Positions 12,923-25,950 of a DNA stretch of 64,000 bases are shown piece by piece. Source of the stretch: Octopus vulgaris (taxonomy: Eukaryota); assembly GCA_951406725.2 (NCBI GenBank), contig OX597819.1, positions 36,084,001-36,148,000 on the forward strand. The letters are read 5' to 3'. The position numbers and the translations under genes were made by a program. Numbering within the stretch: position 1 is the first letter of the stretch; every line of letters begins with the position of its first letter. The notes under the pieces were generated by a model. That model saw nothing but the letters and a program-made list of their open reading frames with translations, did not search any database and was not told the origin of the DNA.

Positions 12923-15294
12923 TGAGAGAAAGCTTTTCTACATTTCCTATATACCAAACTTCTCTCAGATGGTATTGGTCAGCCCAGTGGATCATTCAGT
13001 AGGAGTGAAGCCACAACCACATGATTATGAAGTGAAGTTCTTAACTGCATACTAATCAGTTTAATTCACTGTTGATTTCATGATCCAAAGTCTGCTTTCA
13101 TTACAAACTGTATGTGCCAGATCTCTTAGCTTCTTGGTAAACAACATTAGCTTACTGTTACATTTGGCAAGTTGTTGTTCAATCCCAGATCAGGTTTGAT
13201 CGACTGCACTTGTGGTGAATGCGGTTTCATCTGTTTCTCTCCCATCCCACTTTTTTTTTAAGACAGTAGACGTCATTCAGAAATTTGCCTAATATTTTTA
13301 GCATATAAAACCAAGCCAAGCCAAGCGGCCAATGATATGCTAAAGAGCTGTTTGTGGTGGTTGATGGGTTTTGTGTGAGTGGTTTAATTTGGGACTATGT
13401 AGTGTTTATAATAGATGTGATTGATGCATGTGTGCGTGCTCACACATAGACACACACAGTGGCCTGGCTGTGTAGTTTAAGAAGTTCGTTTTGCAGCCAT
13501 GTGGATTTGGGCTCAGTTTTATTGCATGTCATTGTAGGTAGGTGTCTTCTATTGTAGCATTTTAGTCCCGTGAGCAAGTTTGGTACACAGGAATTGCAGG
13601 AAGTCTGTTATGTATATTTGTTGAGTGTGTGTGTGTGCATGCAAATGTATGTGAGTGTGGATGTTCTATGCTTGCCATAGCCTGAGTGAGACAGTGATGT
13701 TGACCTTGTGACCAGTGACTGTGCTTTCAAAACAATTCTGGAATAAACCACCCCTCATTTAAAAAAAACGAGTTAGCTTTTGGTGACAGGAAGACCTTCA
13801 GGCTATAATATTCTGCCTCACATAACTTCTTATATAACTCGTATTAGCATGGGAAAACGGTTGTTAATGAATGAACAGTATAATGATTCTAGGTATTTCT
13901 GCATGTGTTACAACAATATATATCAGCTAATCATTAGCATGTCAATGACATTTGTAGCAGTGTCATTGTACATTGAATTAAAATTGTAAATTCTACTAAA
14001 TTACATACTACTTGAGTTCTGTTTCATGTGATTATTGGATCAGAATGGAAGTTGAGCATGTGACTGTTTTTTTTGTTTTTTTAATTCTTTTCTACACTAA
14101 ACATAGTATTTGGGTGGAAGGTGTGCACCACTGCTGGTCACGAGGACCAGTGATGGTGAATCACTAGATGTTGTCAAGTTCTTTTTATTTGGTACATTAT
14201 TAGAGATATAAATAACACAAAGCAATTTAAATAGACACATTAAGAATTCTTCTATTTGTTATATGACTGGGAAACTTAACTTCCTCATGAAACAGCAAAA
14301 TCGTTGCATTCCACTTTGTAAAGGATGGGTTGCCTGATGCTTAAATGAAATGAGTAGGAAGTAATAAAAATATATAGGTTGAAACTCCCCAATTCCAACT
14401 GAATTACATAGCATTGGCTTTCAATATACTGAAGTTTATAATATTAACATATTTTTATGCAAGAATTATTTTTATTTCTAATGGAAACTTTTTTTTTTTT
14501 ATCTTAGGTTTATATTCCACTTCTTTCTTTAGTAAATTGGTTTTCATATCCATTTTCTTTTCCATGCTGGTATGGTTCAGGTGAATACATATTGTTTGAA
14601 CATGGTTTCACTGTTGGATGCTGTTCCTGTCATTAACCCATACCTATTTTTCAAACAAGGGTGTTTTTCATTTCACATGTTTTCAAATGCACAATTACAA
14701 AGCTACACGACACTTAGTTGACAGGGAAATGGAAGTGAAAAATACTCACTGTAACTCATGAGACTACAGAATGTAAACTTTGTTACAAATACATTTGTGT
14801 GCAAACAGATTTTATGTCTTATACATATAATAAAACAGTGTGTGTCCTGTTGATCACACTAGTAGAGGGAAACTAAAACAACAAATAGTGTGAGCAAGTG
14901 AAAGACAGGAACATTAAATCCTGGTAAACTGTACTGAGTAGTTGTAGTGTAAATTTTTATCATAAAAAATAGTTACTTCAGCAGTTACACATACATGCAT
15001 GTGCAAACTCTCTCTCTCATATGAAATTAAATGTACTTTTTCGTTTTCAGAATATTGTTCATGTAACATTTAGAAACTTATACGAAGATGTTATTAAAAT
15101 TCTTTTACTTTCAGCATATGTTTTGTTCAACTCCATTTATTTACTTATACTACACAAATTACTGCACATTAATCCGGAGTTTCTACCTTTGGATAGGTCG
15201 CTTCATCTGTGTTACTTGTGTGAATTTTGCTACCCTGGTAACTGTTTATTGAATTTTCCATGTTAACAGTAAACAAAGGATAATTCATTCATCC

Positions 15295-15343
<49 letters not shown>

Positions 15344-15482
15344 TGTGTGTGTGTGTATACATATGTGTGTGTGTGTGGCTATGTGATAAAAGTTTGCTGC
15401 TCAACCACAGTATAGCCTCAGGTCAACCAAAAGCCTTATGAGTGGATTTGATAGATGGAAACTGGGAGAAGTCATTCATATA

Positions 15483-15720
15483 GGTGCTGAAGTGGCTGTG
15501 TGGTAAATAGTTTGCTTACCAATGACATGGTTCAGTCCCACTGGATGGCATCTTGTGCAAGTGTCTTCTATAGCCTCAGGCCAACCAAAGCCTTGTGAGT
15601 AGATTTGGTAGATGGAAACTGAAGGAAGCCCGTCGTATATATATATATATATATATTATATATGTGTGTGTGTGTATGTGTCTGTGTTTGTCCCTCCAAC
15701 ATTGCTTGACAACCGAAGCT
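15483..15720 (+). mobile_element. tRNA-derived SINE family 1, 3'-truncated
   Basis: ggtgctgaagtggctgtgtggtaa head through ttgcttgacaaccga. Confidence 0.8.
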
Positions 15721-16200
15721 ACTTAATGATTTTGTAAAAAACATTCAAACATGTTTACATTTTTTTTAGAGTGATTTTGATTTTTCCAATCAATAATTTT
15801 CAGGGTTAAGCATGGCTGAGAGGTTAAATTCACTTTGCAAGCATGTGATTTTAGGTTCAGTTCCACTGCATGGTACCTTGGACATGCATCATCCACAACC
15901 AACTGACCCAGGGTGACCAATGCCTTGTGAGCAAATTTCTTATATTCAGCATAAAGCTTATGTATACAGTTACACATACAAGCATACAATTATACTAGCA
16001 TACTCATATTGTCAAGAAAGCCAACAGTTATTAATGATGGAAAATGGTGCATCTGAACAATGGCAGAAGCCATTGATAATTGACAGCAATCAAGTAAATA
16101 TGTGTACATACACATAATTGAAACACTTGAACAATTAGATACTGTTATAAGATCTCAGTTGAAAATATCTTCCAATATATATATATATATACATATATGT

Positions 16201-16380
16201 AAGGCGACAAGCTGACAGAAACGTTAGCACACCAGGTGAAATGCTTAACAGTATTTTGTCTGTCTTTACATTCTGAGTTCAAATTCCGCCAAGGTTGACT
16301 TTGCCTTTCATCCTTTCAGGGTCGATAAATTAAACACCAGTTGCGTACTGGGGTTGATCTAATCGACTGGCCTCTTCTCC
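16201..16380 (+). mobile_element. tRNA-derived SINE family 2, truncated
   Basis: aaggcgacaagctgacagaaacgttagcac head, gagttcaaattcc B-box, gcctttcatcctttcagggtcgataaat central domain (resembles the conserved Nin/Deu/Meta-type SINE domains). Confidence 0.8.
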
Positions 16381-16381
16381 A

Positions 16382-16997
16382 GCACAAACAACTTCCATTT
16401 TTGAAATCACATTCACTTAAAAATATTTTTAAATGATTAAAATATTTTAGTCATTATTTAATCATTTAAAAATATTTTTTAAGTGAATGTGATTTCAAAA
16501 ATGGAAGTTGTTTGTGCAGTAAATAATTATATTTTAGCTTTCTTTAAACGGATAATATTTGAATGTTTTTTAAAATTATTTTCAAATGAATACCATTACA
16601 AAATTTTTTCTGGCATATTTAAAAACTGTTCTAAAGTGAAAGTGACTTATAAAATACAGTAAATATTTTGTAAAAGACCTGTTCATAACTTCAGTGTGAA
16701 ATAGTTTTTTCTCTATAGGTTTTTCTTGAGTGCATTCAATGGCTGCTATTTCTAGCACGCCCTGCGACCATGTAACAGCTATTTGCGATAACGGACCCGA
16801 AATACGTGTTATATGGTAGCAGGGCGTGCAAGAAATAGCAGCCAAATCTTTCCTTCTTTGGGGAAAAGAATCATTTATGAGTGATTTCGATGTTTCATTC
16901 ATTGAAAGCATGCAAAATAACCTGGAAAAGAAAAAAGAAACCCACAAAACAAAACTCCGTTGCCTGGTGACCCAATGGGTCACAGGTAGTTTACTGT
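16382..16997. mobile_element. Fold-back insertion with two inverted repeats, ending at (TA)n
   Basis: ~60-bp inverted repeat 16382-16441 / 16457-16517; second ~37-bp inverted repeat 16741-16777 / 16807-16843; interrupts the preceding SINE. Confidence 0.5.
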
Positions 16998-17194
16998 ATA
17001 TATATATATGCATATAATATACATATATATATACACACATACACACACATAAGTATGTATATGTGTGTGTGTCTGTATATATATATATATATATATATGG
17101 TTGTGTAATACTTAGGTTAAAAATTGTTGGAATGAGTCCAACAAAGAATATAATGTACTGGTGGTTGTGCCTGTAGCAGCAGCAAATGTATAAT

Positions 17195-17410
17195 GGAAAT
17201 AGAATTAGATGAATGGACATGTGCTAAGTAGAAAACTTACATAAATTTAAAAGAACAATACTAAAGCTGAGAGACTTGGAATGAAGTAATTAGAGCAGAC
17301 CTTTCGGTTCCACAGTTACGCCAATTCAAAATTATAATGAAATTGTTATTTGCAGACACGGCCAGCCCATCTCTTCATGAAGTAGAAAATGCAAAGATGT
17401 TGCTGTGATT
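17195..17410 (+). mobile_element. Decayed 3' end of an RTE-clade LINE
   Basis: RIR*..GHVLSR (frameshifted RLRW.GHV.R motif) followed by ETWNEVIRADL (KTW.E.V..DL-type motif). Confidence 0.55.
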
Positions 17411-17978
17411 CTTATTTAATTTTTACTTTTTCCAATAAATCAATAAAAGTTCATCAGTTTCAACAGGGGAAAAAAAATTTGTTTGCTTTTATTGAAACAT
17501 CATTAAAAATTATTTAATTTTGATACTAATAGTAAAATGAAAAATACCAATTTGTACTGTTTTGTAAATGAAATTTATAAAACTTTGTTAATGATTTATT
17601 TATAAATTGTCGTATGAGTAATTACCTTTGTAATAAAAATAAATCATTAGACTATGTACAAATATTTAAAAATGAAATTTATATATACATTCACAAACAG
17701 ACATATATATATATATATATATATATATTTTCACACACATCTATATATTCACATATATATATTTCACACACACACACACACACACACATATCTTTGGTAT
17801 TACTTTGCTCCAGCGTTATTTTAAATAATTTAAAAGATATAGTGCGTGTGTTTTTATTGGCTAAACTGGCAAAATGACCATTCCTAAATACAACAATATC
17901 TGTTTCAACACATGATTTCACATCAAAAATCTTGCAAAACAAATATATAAATGTTTTATATATATATATATATATATA

Positions 17979-18308
17979 CTGTATATTTGGAAGGACTCCT
18001 ATTAAACTCTGTTGGACTTTTGGATTTTACTCAAAGGATATTGGAATATTGCATTTTTACCATTATGCCTGTAAAACGGATTTACGACTTCAATACCCAT
18101 ACATATCTTACATCTATTTTCTTTCATCCACCTCACTCTCTATTTTGTATCACATCTAAACTAACTATGACTTAATTTTCCTCTTACACCGTCTCCGATG
18201 AAGGGGTATTATCAATTAATATCCTAGAAGCAGCTCTAAGACCTATCTATAAATGCTCTAATATCTATACAGCCTTGGTTTTTTATCTTATTACACAAAA
18301 AATTCTTA
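17979..18308 (+). mobile_element. Solo Penelope-like pLTR inserted in (TA)n
   Basis: Discrete block bounded by (TA)n on both sides, containing a hammerhead motif at 18191-18242. Confidence 0.65.
18191..18242 (+). ncRNA. Degenerate minimal type I hammerhead ribozyme motif
   Basis: GTCT-CCGATGA-A-GGGGTATT-atcaatt-AATATCCT-A-GAA-GCAGCTCT-A-AGAC. Stem I GTCT/AGAC, 8-bp stem II, stem III two changes away from the palindrome ACAGCTGT. Confidence 0.6.
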
Positions 18309-18345
18309 TATATATACACATATATATATACCCACACACACACAC

Positions 18346-18381
<36 letters not shown>

Positions 18382-18449
18382 AAGCTTTGGAAATGTATGC
18401 GTGAATTTAGTTTTCATGTTTATTTATGTCACTATAGTTAATGTCTGTG

Positions 18450-18480
<31 letters not shown>

Positions 18481-18789
18481 ATAATGTATTATGCCTGTAT
18501 TGTCATAATGTTTACAGACTAATCAAATGATAGTGGTTAAACAAGTCAGATCTTAACAGATATTCTGGATTCAGGTGTTTTAGAATGATTCATCACTTTC
18601 ATATCGATATTTATATTTATATTATTTCATTATGTCAATGTGACCAAATGGCAAGTGGCAGAAGTGTTTTATTCAGTCGGTTGCAAGGTTTTTACTCTGC
18701 TCGTTAGTCTAGTATTTCTCGGATGGTGATACACCTAAAAGTAGCGAGGAAAAAAAGCAAAAAAATGTTGATCTTCATTGCCATTATTC

Positions 18790-18991
18790 TGTTCTTTGTT
18801 TCAGTCATTTGACTGTTGGAGCACCACCTTTAGTTGAACAAATCAACCCCATGACTTATTCTTTGTAAGCCTAGTACTTATTCTATTGGTCACTTTTGCC
18901 GAACTGCTAAGTCATGGGTACGTAAACTCGCCAACATCGGTTGTCAAATGATGGTGGGCGAGTAAGTCACAGGTACACACACACACACATA

Positions 18992-19048
<57 letters not shown>

Positions 19049-19170
19049 TTAGGATAGGCTTGTTTCAGTTTCTGTCTACCAAATCCACTCACAAGGCTTT
19101 GGTCGGCCTGAGGCTATAGTAGAAAACACTTGCCCAAGGTACCAAACAGTGGGACTGAACCTGTGGTTGG
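18790..19170 (-). mobile_element. tRNA-derived SINE family 1
   Basis: Reverse complement of the family-1 tail, microsatellite and head. Confidence 0.8.
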
Positions 19171-19980
19171 GTTTGATGCACCCACATTGTAATATCATTC
19201 TATTCTGATTTAGCAACCTTTTCCCTGAAGGCTTGATCTTCCAGATCTGATCTGACTCATTTGCCCCAAACCTTAGTACACTAGTATTGCATACCACAGT
19301 CCAATTTCATGATTTCACTTTATAAGCATCCTTCATATTTACTTTTCCGTTACCAGCACACCTATTATGCACACAGTATCTCATAGCTTTTGTCAGTCAC
19401 TTTCCCAACACTTAACTCTTTCTCACAACTCAAGGTTGTCTGTTTAAATGACAATATACAATGTGTTCTTGTTCAATAGTTAGAAGTCTGTATTTATAGA
19501 ACGTTTCACATGCTTTCAATTACTATGATGCATGAAACATTCTGGTTGAGATCTTAAACATTCTGGTTGAGATCTCTCATAAACCTCACTTTGCCTATTT
19601 TTGCACTCATTATTTTCACTACTGCTTTCATATCTACTCTTTCAGCACAGGCTTTTGTTATTAATGTTTAACCTTCTGTTGAAACTTTTCTGACACAAAA
19701 GCTCTGTCCTGTAATGACTGAGTTGAAAATGGTTAAAAATTAGTTTTATGGTTATAGTGTAGTTAGATTGTGAAAGTTGGCATTAGTCAAGAAAAGACCT
19801 AGTTTTATTGGTGTAACTTGTGCTAAAAATAATGCATGCATGTGACTGTTAATTAGCTACATGATACTTATTTAATATGAAATAAGCTTATTTAATATGA
19901 AATCTACGGGTGTTACTTCCATCCCTTGGAATGCATAAATTTCATTGACATATGTAAAAACTTTTCTTTTGTTGCACGTA

Positions 19981-20137
19981 CATATTCATCAAAATACGAT
20001 AGGAGGAAAATATATGAGAACAAATAGTCAACATCAAGTCCAAAAGATATATTCATATTGGGTGGTCATATTCATCAAAATATGATGGGAAGAAAATATT
20101 TGAGAACAAATATTCAACATCAAGTCCAAAAGATATT
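19981..20137. repeat. Local direct duplication of about 70 bp
   Basis: catattcatcaaaata.gat.gga.gaaaatat.tgagaacaaata.tcaacatcaagtccaaaagatat at 19981 and 20067. Confidence 0.85.
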
Positions 20138-21563
20138 TTTGAACCCAACAATACTTGCAAAAGTTTTAGTGTCTGATCATTCTTCAGGTAATATTTTGTT
20201 CAACGTATCAGACAGATTGAAGTCAGTCATGTAGTGTGCACAGAAGAAATAGATATATCTCTGTAGTTATTGTCCCCAAAGCCTTATCTTCTATTAAATT
20301 CATTGATTAAATCAGTAAATAATAATTGTGATGTGCATAGTGTTAAGAACACACATTGGTTGGCAGACATCAGCATGCATCAGCAAATATTTGTTTCCTA
20401 AATTTTATAAATAAACGCCCTAAACTCTTGGTCTGTGGTACTTTTGGCTGTGGAGACACAGTGTCCCAAAGTCTCCATGCACCAATGAATCATGTGTATT
20501 AGGAATGTGTTCATCTGAAAGAAGTCATTTCTCAATGACAAAATACAATGGTGCTGAGCTTATTCACATTTGAACCTGCTGGAATGTATGCCATTGTCTC
20601 TTGAAGTAATCTTGGATATCTTAAACTGCATTGCAACTAGGCCCATCTTGTATCATTTCTTTTTATTAACTCTGTCTACTTTTTGAGAATAGTTGTTTGT
20701 AATGTGTAATCTTACTTCATTAACAGGGATATGTAATTATAAACTAATTACACCAACTAAATTACCTTATTTGGATACTGCAAATATGTGGTTACTGCTA
20801 TAATGTCTGGTAGCAGTCAATTTAAGTAATTTCAACATAGATTGCATTTAGATTACAGCTATGAAAGAATTTTATTTTAAACCTTCATAACTATTATTAA
20901 AATTTTAGTAATTTTATAATATTGATAATGAATTGGGGTTTGACCTGTCCTATGTTATTATTGTGTTAAACTTGGACTTCTTATATATTTGCATATTATT
21001 CAAATTTACTCAATTTCTCTACTGAATACCAAACTTTTGTTTACTGGAAATTATGACTCCAGGTCATTTGTGATTGAGCAGACTTACAATTTAAAGGCAT
21101 TTCAACCATAACTATCCTGCCTTTGTATGTTCCCTGCTTCTGTTTTTGAGATGATGGTAGAGTGTGGGAGCAATTGTTTAGAGGCTCCCTACATTGGCTT
21201 GTAAAAAGGTTTTACACGTTTTGCTTGAAAATATAAAGACAAATTGTCGTCGTTCAAACACTACCATTTGCAAGGTTCTTGGAATGCTTCTTTACCAATC
21301 ATATCATTTTGTATTCATGGCAAGTCTTCAGTTGTTCAATATCTATTTTCCATGGGAAAATGGAGTTCTGATTGGAAATGTTTAATAAAAGGTAGAATTT
21401 TATCGCCATTTGCTCTTCTAGTTGAGAAACCTTTACCAGTTTTCAGGCAAGGGATATTTATTTTTATGCCAGAAGTCTTCAAAAATACTGGTCATAATGT
21501 CAACATCATCAACCTTTCATTCAACCAGTGATGAACATGGAATATCAATATTCATACATATGT

Positions 21564-21566
<3 letters not shown>

Positions 21567-21653
<87 letters not shown>
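21567..21653. repeat. (CA)n microsatellite
   Basis: Long perfect CA run. Confidence 0.95.
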
Positions 21654-21656
<3 letters not shown>

Positions 21657-22560
21657 GGGCTTCCTGTAGTTTCCAGCTACCAAATACCCTCAGTAGGCAT
21701 TGTTTGACCTAAGGCTATTGTAGAAAACACTTGCCTAAGTGCTGTATATCTGTAATTGAGGACAAATTCTTTAGTCATTAGAAAAGGCAGAATATTCTGA
21801 ACAAAGATACTTCCTCGTCATTGTTTTTAAAGCTAGAATTTCACAAGTTGTTTCAAATTGTACATGCTCATATTTCTATGTATCCTAAGGTCGATAAATG
21901 TTTTATCACATTTCCATGTCTTCACTCTCTTGTAAGGTTAACTTGTTTGTTACTTGTATTGATTGAATTTTCAATATTTTTGCATACTGGATTTGTTCAT
22001 GTATAATGCAGACTTTTTGTTTTCCAAAGTTTTTAAAGGGCTGTACATTATACATGAGAACTGTTACCCACTTTCCCTGTTCAACTGCATTATCATGTAT
22101 AGGATAATATCTAATTTACTTACACATATTAATCCAAGCTAATTGATATTTAATAATGTCAAGTTTTTCTATGATAGTAATAATATATTTAATGTTTGGC
22201 ATAAGTGTCCTACATGTCCTATGGAATTACTGCTGTAAACTGTCAGTACGGAAGGTTTTATTATAATGAACCTCTCACTATATACATTTCTGTTGAAAGA
22301 ATTAAACATGCATGTATTTAAAAAAACTTTTAATAAGTGTTTACATTCTGCATTATTAATGCCTTTTATGCTCTTCTATACTGGTTGATTTTTTTCCACA
22401 TGACTTGATAACAGGTACACTTTTACAGCCTGCACTAAGGTTTAAAGGTCACTTACAAATTGATAAACGGTTTTAAAGATGCATGAATTTTTCAATATAT
22501 TTTAGACAGTAGTTATAAATCAGACTGAAGACTCCTTTTTCTTTAAATAATAATAATAAT

Positions 22561-23382
22561 ACACTAAATGCAGAAGAAATAGACAGAGAACAATCCCAGC
22601 AATGGTTGAGAAGCTCAGTACTCAAAACAGAGACTGAAGGATTTAATTGCAGCACAAGGCCAAAGCCTCCCCACCAGAAATGACCAGAAACATATAATGA
22701 AAAGAAACATAACGAGCAACTGCAGAATGTGTGGAGATGGACAAGAAACAATAAATCATATTACCTCTGGCTGCCCAGTACTGGCTAAGAAGGAATATAT
22801 TCACAGACATGGCAGAGTTGGGACCTACATACACTGGAAGCTATGCCAACACTATGGAATAACAACAGAAAAAAGATTGTATAGGTACATGCCAGAAAAG
22901 TTCACAGAAAATGAGAAAGCAACCATACTCTGGGATATGCCAATACACACAGAGAAATTAAGGCCAATAGGCCTGATATAGTTGTCAGAGATCATGAAGA
23001 AAAAAAAAATGCTTTCTAATTGATGTATTAATACCAGCAGATGACAACGTTTCTCTAAAAGAAATAGAAACTTTCAAAATACAAAGACCTGGAAATAGGG
23101 CTAACTTGAATGTGGAATCTAAAAACAGAAACAATTCCTATCATAGTGGGTGTATTGGGTATGATAAAAAAATATTCAGACAAATACATAACAAAAACAT
23201 CAGGACTTACAAATATATATAACATACAGAAAATTGCGCTACTGGGCACTGCACACATCCTATGCAAAACACTTTCAATACAGTAACCATAAGAGCATCA
23301 CAGCAAACCACAGCACATACCCAAGACACACAGAGCTGCACTCGGTAGTGAAGTGAAAGCACATTATAAAAATAAACTACTG
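22561..23382 (+). mobile_element. 3' fragment of an R4/Dong-clade non-LTR retrotransposon in a (TAA)n repeat
   Basis: CCHC knuckle CRMCGDGQETINHITSGC, YIHRHGRVG, ILWDMPIHT, RPDIVVRD...FLIDV (restriction-like endonuclease); disrupted by stops and frameshifts; (AAT)n on both flanks. Confidence 0.88.
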
Positions 23383-24739
23383 AATAATAATAATAATAAT
23401 AATGATGGTGATAATAAATAGTCTGTATTATAAATGATATATTTGGTTGGCATTTTCATAGCTCATAATTTGTGGTGCATATTATACAGAAGTATGCCTT
23501 GTATACAAATAAATATGGTAGCTAGAATCAACAATTTAAATTGTCTTTCTGCATATATAAAACAACACAAAAAAGAAACACTTTCAAATTTGCTGATTGT
23601 TTTGAAGGTGCATGGATTCTTTTAATGTATTTTGGACTGCAATTATAAATCTGGCTGAACACTTCTTTTTCTGTACATCATAATAACATTAACAATTGAG
23701 CAAGTTCATTATAGACCTTGGTTATAATTTTGTTTGATTCTTTATTTCATTTTATTAATACCTTGTTATTGAAAATCGTAATGTTACTCTAATTCTCATT
23801 TTGTTTATTGATGCGAGTGTAATGCTTTCTAATAAATGTCTTGTATACCTAATTTTACTGTATTCCAAATGTTACTAGCTAGTTCTCAATTAGTTTTGAA
23901 TGCTGCAAGTATTTCTAACACACAAATTTAATGAAGTTGATCAATATGGTGCTTATTTTTTAAAAAGTTATTAATATATTTTAAGTAATCATTCTGCTGG
24001 CATTAGGGTACTTAAAGCTGATAGGGCAAAACTTGCACTGATGTAACAAGCTTGGCACCTAGACATTTTTGTTTAGCAGTATACCATTGAAATATTATCC
24101 TTCAGGTCCTGCAAATCTAAACATACATTTTAGTACAATTTGCCTGTATTATTATGAGGTAGTCGGTAGTTTAGGTTATAAGGTACCAGTTAAGGAATGT
24201 TGGTTGTTTTTGCTGCCCATTCTGTTCACATAGGATTGAAAAACTAGTCACACCTGGAGTGGACATGATTAAGGCAATCATGGTTCAACATACATTAGCC
24301 TCATTCTATAAGATTTATTGGAGATAGTTGGCTGCTCAGTACAGTGTAGATCTGAGACAACCATTTTGGTATATGTGTATTTTTTGTCCGTTTCAGATTG
24401 GGAATATCAGGAATTTAGGAAAATTTATTGTTGATGGTTTGACATATACTTGCAATAGTCAGCAGTCTTAGTGTATAATTGTTTCTAGTTTTATTTTTGT
24501 TTTGTTGTTTATGTGCTCCAATGTATTTTGTATCTGTATGTAACATTTAACATGGAGATCATGCTTTCTGGATTTTAGTGATGCGGAGAAAACGGTATCT
24601 TGGATGAGACTAGGATACTGTGATAGCTGTTGCAATTTATTGGCCAAATGTTTTGTTAGTCAGTGCTCAGTATGATTGTCTTTGTTTGTTTTGGGGGATG
24701 ACTGCATAGTTTTATTTTAATTAGTTCTGGTCATTTTTA

Positions 24740-24970
24740 CGGCAAGCTGGCAGAAACATTAGCATGCCGGGCAAAATGCGTAGTCATATTTCGTCTGTCG
24801 TTACGTTGTGAGTTCAAATTCCGCCGAGGTCGGCTTTGCCTTTCATCCTTTCGGGGTCAATAAATTAAGTATCAGTTACGCACAGGGGTCGATGTAATCG
24901 ACTTAATACCTATGTCTGTCTTTGTTTGTCCCCTCTATGTTTAGCTCCTTGTGGGTAATAAAGAAATAGG
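24740..24970 (+). mobile_element. tRNA-derived SINE family 2
   Basis: cggcaagctggcagaaacattagcatgccggg...gagttcaaattccgccgagg...gcctttcatcctttcggggtc; CpG-rich, so probably young. Confidence 0.85.
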
Positions 24971-25950
24971 TATAGAAGTTTTTATCTGAGAACTTGTTTT
25001 ATCTGTGTTCTGCTCATGGCCATCCCATCCATGTGATTTTTGCTGTGGAGATTGATGGCCTCTTATTGGCAGTAAGAAAGTTGTCAAAGGAGATTTGGCT
25101 ATTGCCTTGAACAGACAAGTAATTTCTCTTTTGTGTGAAAATTATCGATTGATATCTTGGATTTTCTTAATACAAACTGTTTCAATTTTTGTTCAGTCTG
25201 TTAGCTAGTCATGTAACATAGGAAGTCAAATGTTAAGTTTTTGTCTGTAAATATTCCTAAAAGGTTTATATTTGAAAAATTGAGTGAATCAGTGATATTT
25301 CTATTTTAACATTTTTGGTGGGATGGGAAGCAATTTTAAGGCATAGTTAATATTTAGCATAAGATTACGTATCGCAGTCCAATACAAAAGTATATAATAC
25401 TGAAAAATTGAAGAAAACTGACTTGATAAATTTTAAATATTTTATTTTAGCATTTCTCTTGATTTTATTCTGAGAATAGAGATTTTGCATCCCCTCCATC
25501 TTAATGTGCATTGAGGGAAAGTTATTAAACATTTGTTGCATTTGTATTTCTTTCACAATTGTTATAAGCTTCTTGCTTAGCTGTCACTCACAAGCAAGTA
25601 TAATTTGATAGTTTGTACCATAGTTTCATGAATTGTTTTAAGTGCCTATGTAGTTCACAAGTAGATATAAACATCCTCCACTCTTAATCCATCAGGACAT
25701 TGAGGATGTGGTAGCTGAAGAGTGAGAGAGCTACACCAGCAGTTGGCTGGTCCTCCTTTTCAGAAAGCTGGAGCATCATGAAGTCATGTACCTTGTTCAA
25801 GAACGCAATGCACCATCTGATCCAGGAATGAAACCCACAGCTTTATAGTTGTGATTTCAGAACTTAAGTACTAGGTCACATGAAACTGATTATATTAACA
25901 AAAAAAAAAAAAAAATACAGGGAAAGCACAGATTTCAAAATGTATTAAAA

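Noticed and set aside
15076-15125. YEDVIKI.L peptide shared with the ORF at 35414 (about 35465)
   Set aside because: The match is short, AT-rich and not bounded by splice sites. It is more likely chance or a decayed transposon end than duplicated exons.
16582-17220. Longest ORF in the track (212 aa, minus strand)
   Set aside because: It runs through (TA)/(TG) microsatellites and repeat fragments and has no recognisable protein motif.
17356-17450. Apparent terminal exon (tttgcag|... followed by two AATAAA)
   Set aside because: It directly follows RTE-type RT motifs and is better explained as a decayed LINE 3' end. No upstream partner exons were found.
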